Assembly: GCF_009914755.1 (NCBI RefSeq)
Contig: NC_060948.1
From: the human T2T-CHM13v2.0 reference genome, Homo sapiens
Direction: 5' to 3' (one strand)
DNA length: 64,000 nucleotides
Below the pieces are notes generated by a model. It saw nothing but the letters and a program-made list of their open reading frames with translations, was not told the origin of the DNA and ran no database searches. Numbering within the stretch: position 1 is the first letter of the stretch; each line of letters starts with the position of its first letter. The position numbers and the translations under genes are program-made. Below are positions 10,540 to 21,436 of this stretch, piece by piece.

Positions 10540-12290
10540 TTAAGGCATTTTAAAAATTGTATGTTTGTTTAAAAAATGTCATATGAAATGATACATATTT
10601 ACAACTTAAGGCGTGATGTTCAACAGGTCATATACATTATGCATTGGATACATCCAGCCAATCAACATATGTGTGACCTCACATAGTTGTCATTTTTGTT
10701 GTGAAAAAACTTGACCTGCACTGTATTCGAATATTTTTAGAGAAAGAATATGTTACCACTAGTTATAGTGAGCATGCTGAAGAAAATATTTTTAACCTAT
10801 TCCTCCTTTATAACTAGAAGTATGAGTTCTTCATCCAGCATCTCGTCAGTGCACCCTCTTCACCGCAGTCATTGGAGTCACTACTTCTGTGAAGTCCGCT
10901 TTTTTGATTTCATATAAGAATGAGATCATGTGCTACTTTCCTTTCTGATACCTGGCTTATGTCACTTAACAGAATGGCATGCACACATTCAGCAGATTCC
11001 CACACATTCTCACAACTGGCAGGATTTCCTGATTTCTTATTGCAGCGCATATTTACGTTGCGCATATGCGTTTTTGCCCCATTTTTTAATCCACTTATCA
11101 ATGGAGGGACTCTCAGGTTGCTTCCGCATTTTGGCTACAGCAAAAATGTAATGAGTGCAGCAATAATTGCATGGGTGCGCGCACCGCTTCAACATACTGA
11201 TCTGTGTACTGGCGGGCGTGCCCGGGTATTCTGATTTGCTGGATCATATAGTGGGTGGTTCTACTTGTAGATTTCTGAAGGCTGTTTATACTTAAATAAG
11301 AGCCATAAAGCTTCTTTAATGCCAGCACTAATTTACATTCTCCCCAAAAGTGAGCAGGGAATTCGTTTTCTCTGCCTCCTCACCAGAGATTAGGGTTTTC
11401 TTTTCTTTCTTTTTTTTTTTTTGTTTGTTTGTCTTTCGGATAATATGCATTCTGACTGAAGTGAGAAGAAATCTCATTGTGTTTTTGATTTGCATTTTCG
11501 TGATGGATTGGGGATAATGAGGAATTTTTAGTGTGTCTTCTGGGCAACTGTATGTCTCAGTTTCACAAATGAGTCTTCGCAGCCTTCGCCCATTTGTTTT
11601 CATGCTATTGAGTTGTTGGGAGTTCCTTATGTACTGTGACTATTCCCCCATGAACAGATGTATGGTGATCCAATCATTGCTCCCATCCTGTAGGATGCCC
11701 CTTCTGTATGTTGAGTTTTCTATGGTGTGGTGAAGCACTTTAGTTTGATATGATTCCATTCTCTATTTTTGATGGTGTTTACTGTGTTCTTGCAGTCACT
11801 TTGAGACCATCATTGCACACACGGACGCCATGGGGCTTCTTCCTTGTGATCTCTTCTGCTATTTTTATCGTTTCACATCTGACACTGGAGTTTGGTGATA
11901 AATAATCCACTTGTAAAATCCTTTGTGTGGCTATTCAGATTTCCCCAACCTAGTTTATAGAAGATACTTGATTTTGCATTGGGCGTTCTTGCTTCTTTGG
12001 GAAAAGGCTGTGAGCTGCAAATGCAGTGACTTAGTTCTGGGCTCCTGTTGTTTTTCCTAAGCTCTAGTCTCTGCTTTTCTGCCAGTGCTATTGTATTTTG
12101 GTACAAAAAGTTTTGTAGTAGTATATCATGAAGTTAGGTAGTGGGGTGGCTCCAGCTTTGTGCTTTTTACTGGATTGCTCTGGGTTTTCAGGATCTTCTG
12201 CCATTTCATAGCAAATTTGGGATTCCCAGATTGTTTTTCTAAGAAGAATGTGTCATTGATATTTTTACAGGGGTTGTATAGAATCTGAGG
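10540..12290 (-). mobile_element. Old 5'-truncated LINE-1 (L1M-type) 3' UTR and ORF2 C-terminus, copy 1
   Basis: Minus-strand peptides MQIKNTMRFLLTSVRMHIIRK and KSSIFYKLGWGNL resemble L1 ORF2p MQIKTTMRYHLTPVRMAIIKK and KDSLFNKWCWENW. Boundaries approximate. Confidence 0.85.
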
Positions 12291-12369
12291 ATGACTCAGG
12301 TAGTAGTGATGTCAATGCCGTTTAGACAATGTGCGTGTTTGTGTGCACAAGCTCAGGGCCAAGAGACAC

Positions 12370-13780
12370 TGGGTGTCCTCACCAATACTGAGGTGGGCCT
12401 TAATATCCAGCCAGATTGCCTTCTGGAAACACACGGAATGTCCTGTTCTGTTTTGCCATCTCTTCACATTTCCTCCCCTGTGAGCCCTGTGTGGTCCTCC
12501 AGATTCCCTGTGCGGTGGCCTGCCTTTTTTGGGGTGGGGAGTTGCTGGGTGAATGAGGATGGCGGAGGGAACCAAGTATGTCAGTGGAGCGTGGTGTCAT
12601 CCAAACGGTACTTAGCAGGCCTGGGAGAGTCATTCTGGGAGGACGCAGACCTAGAGAGGCCTCAGGTGGGCATCTGTGTGGAGGGTGAGAGATCCCTGGT
12701 TGAGCCCAAACTGAACCCCAGGTAGAAGCAAGCCTCAGGACAGGGAAGTAGCTAGCAAGGGATGATGAGGGAGCTATCTCTTGACCCTGGCTTCCCACCC
12801 ATTGACCTTAGCTACTTGTGCCTATTAAGCAGATTACGGTTCCCCCATCGTGAAATGTGGGTACCACAGTTCCCTGATGGGCATTTCTCCACCAGCCCAT
12901 GATGGCCTGAGTTTCCTTACTGCAGTCTCCTCCCTGAGCCTTGGCTTCTCTATGTGTGTCCTAACTCCAGGACCCACAGGCCTGTCAACCCCCAGCCCTG
13001 GGCTGCTTCCCTGGCCTCTTCTCTGTTCCCTCTCTGAGGGCCTAACTCCCTTGGGTAGTGCTGCAGAATATAGAGCCACAGGCCCTGGCTGATGATCTGG
13101 TGGACTGGGCAAATTGGTCGTGACAGGTCAGGTTCTGGTTCAAAGCCAATTCCTCCGATGCCAAGGAATGTCGAAGAAGGTCCTTTGCCATGATGCCCCA
13201 TAGCTGCCCCACCTCAGCAATCGTGCCGTAACCTGGGCCCTCACAGTCAGACAACCAGCTGAAGAAGCTCAGGCAGTGACCTGCGGGAAACTCGGGCTTT
13301 CACCTGCATGACCCTAGAACCACTGGACTGCAGTGGAGCCAGTCGCCCTGTATCCTGGAGGGAGACGAGTCAGGAAGGCGCACGCCAGGCCCAGCTTCCG
13401 AGGTACTACCCCCTCTACTCCTCAGGGAGGATGCCAACGCAATACTCCTTAGTCGTCACTTTGTTTCCGAAGTAAATGTTGTGATGAAAGGCAAACTTCT
13501 TCCTACCCCTTGTATTCAGGGTGGCCGAGTTCCTCCACCTGCCTGTCCAAGAAGGAGAAACAGGGCTGTGAAGGGGCAATTTCATCTAGGTGGGCTGAGG
13601 TGGCATTCTAGCCGGGGTGAAGCATGCGTTTCCCCTTCCCAGCTTTCCCGCTGAGACACACCTGAGCCCCAGAAGGACCTCAACCTGACCAGGACCTTAG
13701 CACCCTCCCCCAGACCCAGGCTTTCCATCCTGACCTGCAAATCCAACATGCAGCTTTGAAGGACTTTCTCATGGTTTCTG
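12370..13780 (-). pseudogene. Second TSPY-like relic (exons 2-5, no exon 1 seen), copy 1
   Basis: Colinear with ~440-1920. Minus-strand peptides HEKVLQSCMLDLQ (exon 2), VEELGHP...IYFGNKVTTKEYCVGIL (exon 3), YRATGSTAVQWF*...LSFFSWLSDCEGPGYGTIAE (exon 4) and IISQGLWLYILQHY (exon 5), with stops and frameshifts. Confidence 0.85.
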
Positions 13781-15828
13781 AGCTCCTTGCTCTCACCAGA
13801 AAGAATCAGAACTTTTAAAGTGTTCTTTATGCCAACTTAAATTTTTCATTTTTACTACCTCATGTTTTGGATGAGGCATGTATTTTTAAATTTATTTTCA
13901 CCCTTATTGTACCTCTATGATAAACTGCTTGCTTACATTCATACCGTAATTATCTCTCAGGTTACTTGTCTGTTCCTAAAGATTCACTGAAACGAAGAAT
14001 TCTATATATGCTTGTATCTTTCAGCAACCGTATGTCAGATAGCACTGCACATTACTGCAGACATCGCATATACAGGTCCAAAGGTAGAGGAAGAAGAAGA
14101 AAGCAAGCGTTAAGCCCTATACATTCCTAAAAGCATATCAGAAACTCACAAATAACAGTGAAATCAAAGAATGATCACAGCCAATTCCATTACATACCTA
14201 GACTGAAATACGAAACTTCAAAGAAAAGAAACATTAGAACTTTGGGTTTGTAAAAATTTTCCTATATAGATAAAATTATTGGTAACTGTGTCTCACTAGA
14301 AAACGTAAACAAAAGTCCATGTTTTTCATATTTGTAAATATACATAGTTTTATTTCCATCAGTTATGACATGCAAGCAAGTAATAAAGTGAAAGTACAAT
14401 CAAATGATATATGGAACTTCCTCAGTCTTAAAATATTCCATGGAGACTATCAATTTTATGAAAACTATAAAGAATGCTTCATGAAACTACATTGTACAGT
14501 GCCATTTACTATTTTACTGACATTTTAAATAATCAACAATTAAAGGGAATACATCAACATTATTTAATACCAATAACGTTATTTTTCTTGAGTAATCCTG
14601 TTGAAATTAAGGATTTTAAATAAAACATTAAAAACAAATTATATTGACTGATTTCAGCTTTGGATGAAATCATACTTGTGTATTTGTAGTAATGCGAAGC
14701 ATAACTTTCTCCTCACAATTAATCTTTTATAACATCGGTGTTATAGTTTTCTCTGACACCAACATTGTGATATCGCACAGGTTTACTGCATGCATGCATT
14801 ACATGCCTCCAGAGAGTAGGCTTCAAATATATGGAAAAATTATATTTATGAAAAAATTCTAGGAAAGGGAATGGTGAAATGGAAGAGAATTTCTCACTTG
14901 CTAACTGTTGGACATGGATTTGTATATATTTGGATATAGACACATACTGGCACACTGTGAGTTTGCCCATGTATATATACACTTATATGAGAAACCCATA
15001 ATATATGGGTTGTGTAATCTTTTAATTAATCCATAATTGTATGTGTGTGAAATTAGATAAGCGGTTACCTTTTCTTTACTCAACTTGATGGAAAGCCAAA
15101 AAACTCTGTCCACCTTCATTTCAATTAATCCAATACTGTTAACTGCTGGTAGCTTCATTCTCCTTGTTCTCTTACGGCAACCGGAAAGTTAATTCTCGCT
15201 CTAATTTGGCTTTCAAGGTGCGATCAACAAGAGTGTCACCTTGCTGTGGATTGTGACCTCTGACTCCACCTCTGTCTTCCTTTTGCAGTCCTACCTTTGC
15301 ATAGGTAACAAACTTTGTACATGGTTAAAAGGATAAAAGTTCAGTGAAATGTCAAGCCATGCTGTGAAATGTTCCATAGTTTCTATATCTCTAATTGTCC
15401 TTTGATGTTATAGAGGCAAGAAAAATAATTCAATGTTTTTCTTAGTATCTAGTCCAATGCACTCTTTCTTCATAATACTGCAAACAAGGCACTGACATGG
15501 AAACGTGGCTGGACGTCTCAAAATCTCTTCTCATTAATTACCATTATGTTAATCACTGTTGCCCACAACTGGAATTGGACTTTGAAATCCCCTGGTGGAA
15601 ATTGCTATAATGGCTCAAACTACTGGAAAGACTATCTTTTTTTACCTGAAAATATCTGATGAGCATAGACGTATGCTATATACAGGAAGATATTGTACAT
15701 TAACAACATACCATCACTGCCACTCAATAATAGGTATCCCAAACCTTTGAGCCAAACTGAGCTCAGGTGCTCCCACAAACCAAGCTTTTCCCTCCACAGA
15801 TTTCTTATGTCAAAAAGCCACAACTCCA

Positions 15829-16120
15829 GGCCAGGCTTCGTGGCTCTTGTTGTAATTTCTACATTTTGGGAGGCCGAGGTTGGTGGGTCACTTGAGGTCA
15901 GGAGTTGGAGACCAGCATGGGCAACATGGCAAAAAGCTGTCTCTACCAAAAATACAAAAATTAGCCAGACCTAGTGGCACTTTCCTGTGGTCCCAGCTAC
16001 TTGGGAGGCTGAGGTAGGAGAACCACCTGAACATGGGTGGCAGAGATTGTATAGTAAGCCAAGATCAGACTACTGCCTTCCAGCCTGGATGACACAGCGA
16101 GACCATGAAAAAAAAAATAA
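15829..16120 (+). mobile_element. Alu, full length, diverged
   Basis: GGCCAGGC...TTTGGGAGGCCGAGG...CTACCAAAAATACAAAAATTAGCC...A tail, with TSD-like CAACTCCA on both sides. Copies at 36121-36425 and 56422-56726. Confidence 0.92.
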
Positions 16121-16166
16121 AGGCAACTCCACTCGTCCACTGGCTTAGGTAAAAAATACTGGAGTT

Positions 16167-16480
16167 GGCTGGGCTCGGTGGCTCACACCTGTATTCCCAG
16201 CACTTTGGATTTTGGGAAGCTGAGTCGGGCGGGTCACCTGAGATCTGTAGTAGGAGAGCAGCCTGGCCAACATGGTGAAGCCTGGCTTCTACTAAAAATA
16301 CAAAACATTAGCTGAGCGTGGTGATGCATGCTTGTAATCCCAGCTACTGCAGAGGCTGAACCTGGGAGGCGGAGGATGTGTTGAGCTGAGATCCTGCCAC
16401 TGCGCTCCAGCCTGGTCTACAGAGCGAGAGTACCCTGTGAGAAACAAAGGTGAAGAGAACAAGAAAAAAAAATGAGAAAA
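16167..16480 (+). mobile_element. Alu, full length, diverged (tandem with the previous Alu)
   Basis: GGCTGGGCTCGGTGGCTCACACCTGT...CTACTAAAAATACAAAA...GCCACTGCGCTCCAGCCTGG. Copies at 36472-36786 and 56773-57087. Confidence 0.92.
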
Positions 16481-16578
16481 ATAAGACCCACTGCAAAAGG
16501 TTGCCACAGAAAAGATTAAACATTTCAGCAACTTCTATCTTCTATCATGGAAGCCAAGGTTATTTGGACCAAACCTCC

Positions 16579-16931
16579 TGTCTTAGTTCATTTTCACGCT
16601 GCTGAAGAAGAGATACCTGAAACTGGGAATAAAAGGAGGTTTAATTGGACTGACAGTTCCACATGGCTGTGGAGGCCTCAGAATCATGGTATACGAATAA
16701 AGGCACTTCTTACATGGCAATGCCAAGAGAGAATGAGGAAGAACCTGAGGCAGAAACCCCTGAAAAACCCATCAGATCCCGTGAGACTTCTTCACTGTCA
16801 CAAGAATAGCATGAGAAAGACCGACCCCCATGATTCAATTACCTCCCCCTGGGTCCCACCCGCAACACGAGGGAATTCTGGGAGATACAATTGAAGCTGA
16901 GATTTGAATGGAGACACACCAAACCATGTCA
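16579..16931 (-). mobile_element. MaLR solo LTR (THE1C-like), copy 1
   Basis: TG...CA termini, GGTTTAATTGGACT.ACAGTTCCACATGGCTG and CCCCCATGATTCAATTACCTCCC motifs, and a near-perfect 5-bp TSD CCTCC/CTTCC. Confidence 0.9.
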
Positions 16932-17429
16932 CTTCCCAAACAATTAAAAATTCCCAATAGAAGAAGCATTAATTATATCAAAAAGTGGTGGACCAAGAAG
17001 GAACTATTAGCCTCATATCTCAAGAAAGACTCCAGTCAAGGCCTAGGGACTACTCATGAAAAGAGTTTAATAGCCGACTCTCTCCCAGTGGATCTGGATT
17101 CCACCGGACTGTATCTTCACAGTAAGGGTGAAACAGAAGCAAACCCATTCCTATTTCCAAGCTCAAGGAACTTTGGTCAAAGTTCTCTTGGAGCTGAGCA
17201 GAACAAGGAGGCAAACAGAAAAGATTTGTGTCCCTGAGAAGTCATGGCCACAGGCTGGCTATCACACAGATTGTCAAGCCAGTTCCATATTGCATGGGTA
17301 TTAAAGAAAACCTCAAAACATAAATTTGTGTGTGGGTTGTCCCAGAGTAGCAGGATCTGGCAGAAGGAAATTTCCTTCTAACCCTCAAAGAATCCACATA
17401 AATCTTGTTACATTTGGGATTTTACGATT

Positions 17430-18370
17430 TGCTTCAGGAATGAGAATGGCCTTAATTTTCATATCTTTTTCTACACTCAGTTTATGGCTTGTTGGCGTCA
17501 AAGTTCTGCTTGCTTCACACAATGAGTTTAGGATTTTCCCTTTTTTATTCTATAGAATTCTTCATATATATTGAAATGCTCTGCCTGGGGAAAAAAATCT
17601 GAGCCTAGCGTTTTATCTCTAGGAAGAATCCTTTATTTCCTTGAACATTTATGAGACTATACAGATTATATATGTCTTCTTGTATCAATTTTACTAAGCT
17701 ATATACATAGCTTATGTTTATATATTATATATATAAATGTAAGATACAAATATAAAAATTATGTATAAATATGAAAATATATATAGAAAGCGATATATAT
17801 GTCTATACATATAGACAGATTATAAATATCTGTCTATTTGATCTAAGTTTTCAAATTTGTAGGTTAAGGTGTTAATGATATTTCCTTATTAGCTTCTTAA
17901 TCTATGCTGTATCTATGGTTGTGTACCTTTTAAATTCTTAGTTTTATCTATGTTTTCTCCCTTTTTTTCTAAACTTGACTGACGGTTGCATCATTTATTA
18001 TATTTCTCCAACAAGCAAAGGTTAGCTTTGTATGTTTTACTAATTTTGTCTACATCATTATTCCCACACTTTAGTTTTTCAGAATTGATTCTGTTGTTTC
18101 TTTTCTAATTCTTTATTGAAATATCTAGTACATTAATTTTCAAGTTATTAGAGAAATATTTGTCTGTAAACTCCTATTGTAATATCACTTTTCTTGCTAC
18201 TCACAGATTTAATCTTTAATATTGGCGGTATCATTGAGTTCTAAGTACATTTCAATTCCTAGTATGATAATCTATGAATTGCTGAGAAATAGTGTTTACA
18301 ATTTTGTTGTTCTATTTCCACTTAAGTTTATTTTTACTTCTGCTAACTCAATTGAAAATTCTTTACTAAT
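17430..18370 (-). mobile_element. Highly decayed LINE-1 fragment with internal AT-rich expansion
   Basis: T-rich antisense-L1-like composition and motifs (CTGCTTGCTTCACACAATGAGTTTAGG). Copies at ~37736-38676 and ~58037-58977. Confidence 0.5.
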
Positions 18371-18379
18371 TTTTAAAAT

Positions 18380-18494
18380 CCTTGAACCCAAGAGATGGAG
18401 GTTGCAGTGAGCTGAGATCAGGCCACTGCATTCCAGACTGAGTGACAGAGTGGAACGAGATTTCAAAACAAAACAAAACAAAACAAAACAAAAC
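18380..18494 (+). mobile_element. 5'-truncated Alu right arm with (CAAAA)n tail
   Basis: CTTGAACCC...GGAGGTTGCAGTGAGCTGAGATC...CACTGCATTCCAG. The tail is one unit longer in copy 3 (58987-59106). Copy 2 at 38686-38800. Confidence 0.9.
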
Positions 18495-20049
18495 AGTCAC
18501 TGGAAAGATAATAAAATACATAAATGTGGGATGTAATATGTAATCGTGATAAAATAAACTGGATTTTTTGTATAAGTTATACATATAAATGTAATGCCAA
18601 GACACTGATAAGACAACTCATGGTCTTATCTCAATACTTAGTGTCTTCATGTAACATATGTCCTTTAGGATAGTTATAGTCCGTTTTCTTTCCAGGAGAG
18701 ACAGATGAGAATGCAGAAATGTTAAAGTGCAAGGGACGGAAGCTTCCAGCTGTGCCCACCTGTAACCTGACGTAGACAGTTCCACCGTTTGCTTCATTAA
18801 TCATGCCAAAGGCTCTAATGCAAATGTGGTACAGAGTCACATGTTTTTGTATCTACATGATAGAAACTATAACTTCATCCCTATATAGAAGGGTATATAG
18901 CATATGCCTCAGTGATAAATATAAGTGAATCATTGATCAGTAGGAAACCATTTTAAAAGTCTTTCATAACAGAACAAAATCCCTGAAAACATTTTCTTCT
19001 CAATCTCTGAGTTTTCTTACACGGCTTATGAATCTCTAGCCATACTAAAGAGATAGTATGCTGCTCTTCCCACAAATTATTCATTGTATATAATTCCTGT
19101 AATCTAATAACAGTACCTTTACACCTCAGGGTTTAAAATGACTCCAACCTTTTTCTGTTTCTCCAATTAAAATAACTTTTTTAAGGTTTAATCTTCAGTA
19201 ATTTTTTGTAGTAATATTTTTGAAGGTATTTGACCAGGATGATTTGCTTATATACCTACCTGACGTCTCCCTTTCTTCTGAATACATATTTTATTACCCA
19301 CCTATTAGATCTAAGTTTAAGAAGTTGGAATAGGGATTTAAATCTAAATTCTACATTTGAATTTACAGGAGTCAGCGAGTCCGGGAAGTGCCTTTATGCA
19401 CAGACCAATATCTGGCAATGGCACTAGGAGACAAATAAGCTTTACCAGTCTCAAAGCCCTGGCTACTACAGTGAATCCACCCTTCTCCTGGATCTTATCT
19501 ACTTCAGCAAAAGAAGGCCACCCACTAAACCAGGCCCTTGTACTTTGGGTGGAAACTCCTAAGTCCTCTAGTCTCCTCAAACAGACAGCCAGGCTGCCAA
19601 TTTCCACAATAATAATTTCTATAGCACTGAGTCTTTGGTAGCCTTGTAACTATAGCTACTGATGCTACAGTCTGGTCCCTGTATGATAAAACACCAGAGC
19701 AACAGAAACAAAAATATTGACTGAAGCCTTCTAAAATCTCTCTAAATATACCTTCAATAAATATGGTTTTTTTTACAGAACGACTGCTTTCAGCTTCCTG
19801 AACTAACGCTTGGCCTTCGCTAGTTGTCACTGTTGAAATTGATTCAAAAGTGTACATTTAACATGAAAGTCAACACAGAATTTCATGTGTCAGCAACTAA
19901 AATTTTCAAAATGTTGCAAAATACAAATGTGAAACTGTATTTGTGAAATTTACCATTCATTGAAATTATATTTTCATACCTACCCAGGCACAGAATTTTT
20001 TATAACTGTCTGCATGTTCTCCTCATGTGGGGGAAAAGCAGCATCAGCA

Positions 20050-20153
20050 GGCAGAGGAATCCTTTGAAGCTGGAGGGAGAGGTTGCAGTGATCTGAGAGT
20101 TTGCCACTTGACTGCAGCCTGGATGACACAGTGGGACTCCAACTGAAAAGAAA

Positions 20154-20155
<2 letters not shown>
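20050..20155 (+). mobile_element. Alu right-arm fragment
   Basis: GAGGTTGCAGTGATCTGAG...CTGCAGCCTGGATGACACAGTG. Copies at ~40356 and ~60662. Confidence 0.8.
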
Positions 20156-20156
<1 letters not shown>

Positions 20157-20196
<40 letters not shown>

Positions 20197-20268
20197 AAAA
20201 TTGATAAGTAAAAAAAAAATCCATATTCGAAAACATGCTCACAGGCTATCTCCCATATCTAACACACA

Positions 20269-20304
<36 letters not shown>
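20157..20304. repeat. Two (CA)n microsatellites
   Basis: CA runs at 20157-20194 and 20262-20304, variable between units (40463-40610, 60769-60918). Confidence 0.95.
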
Positions 20305-20306
<2 letters not shown>

Positions 20307-21436
20307 TCCTTGAAAACGAAAGTTCCACAAGGGCAAAAGAAGAAAACAAATTTAACACCCCCCAAAGAAAGTACAAAGAGTAACCTCAAAAGAACCGCAG
20401 GGGAAAACAATTCAAAATTTACAAGTATCTACCCTAAAAGAAGCTGAAAGTCCCTCAAAAACTTTCCAGAGGCCATGTCCTTGTATTACAAAAATGATCA
20501 TAAAAACTGGCAGGAGTAGACGAATAGAAATGCATCTTAAAACTTGCTAAACCCTTCAAGTCTCCCATAAGAATTGTAATGGAAAATGGATCGGTCGGCA
20601 GCTTTTTCCATACAATTATGAACAAATTATATTTCTTCATACATAGATTTGTTTTTTCAATATTCTAAGGAATTAACTTTTATATTAATAGTAGGTGATG
20701 TAAGAAAGCAGGCCTTTATCAAGATAACTGACACTGGATGTCCATACCATTACTCAGGTGGGCCTTAATTCCCAGCCGGGTTCCCTCCCTGGACACACAC
20801 TGAAGGTCCCCAGCCATTTGGCAATCTCTTCACATTCCCAGCCCTGGAGGTAGCCCTAAAATACATGTACCTGAAGAAAATAAAACATTGCCTCACACTG
20901 GAGCCCAGTGTGGTCCTCCAGATTCCGTGTGAGGTGGACTAACTTATATGGGAAGGCAGGGCAGCGGGAGTGAGGATGGCAGAGAGGATTACACATGTCA
21001 AGGCAGCCGGGGTCATGGAAACAAAACATGACTGGCCTGGGAGAAACACTGTGAAAGGACACAGACCTAGGTGGGCCTCAGGTGGACATCCTCGTGGAGA
21101 AAAAGGGGGCCCTGGTTGATCTCAAAATGAGCCCCAGGTGGTAGCAGGTCTTACCGCAGGGCAGGGAGCTGGCGAGTAATGATGAGACAGCTATCCCTTA
21201 AGCCCTGCTTGTCACCCACTGACTTTAGCCACATATGCATCATAGTGGCTTAAGGTGCCCCGATCCTGAAATGTGGGTGTTACATGTCCCTGATGGGCCT
21301 CTCTCCCCCAACCCACGGATTGCCTGGGATTGCTCACTGCAGTCTCCTCCCGGATCCTTGGGTTCTCCATGTGGGGCCCAGATCCAGGTCAAAAGGCCTC
21401 TCAGTTCCCAGCCCTTCCCAGCCCTAGGCTGCTCGC

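Larger units (their letters stand above)
1..20299 (+). repeat. TSPY/DYZ5 tandem repeat unit 1 (phase set arbitrarily at window start)
   Basis: ACACAATTCCTTGAAAACGAAAG at 1 recurs at 20300, 40606 and 60914. The whole ORF track repeats with these offsets. Confidence 0.98.

Noticed and set aside
10011-10553. 180-aa ORF with IYIYIY repeats
   Set aside because: It is a translation of an antisense Alu plus the (TA)n microsatellite, and the frame changes between units.
16547-17237. 115-aa and 109-aa ATG-initiated ORFs conserved in all units
   Set aside because: They derive from the THE1 LTR and its flank. Conservation only reflects array homogeneity.
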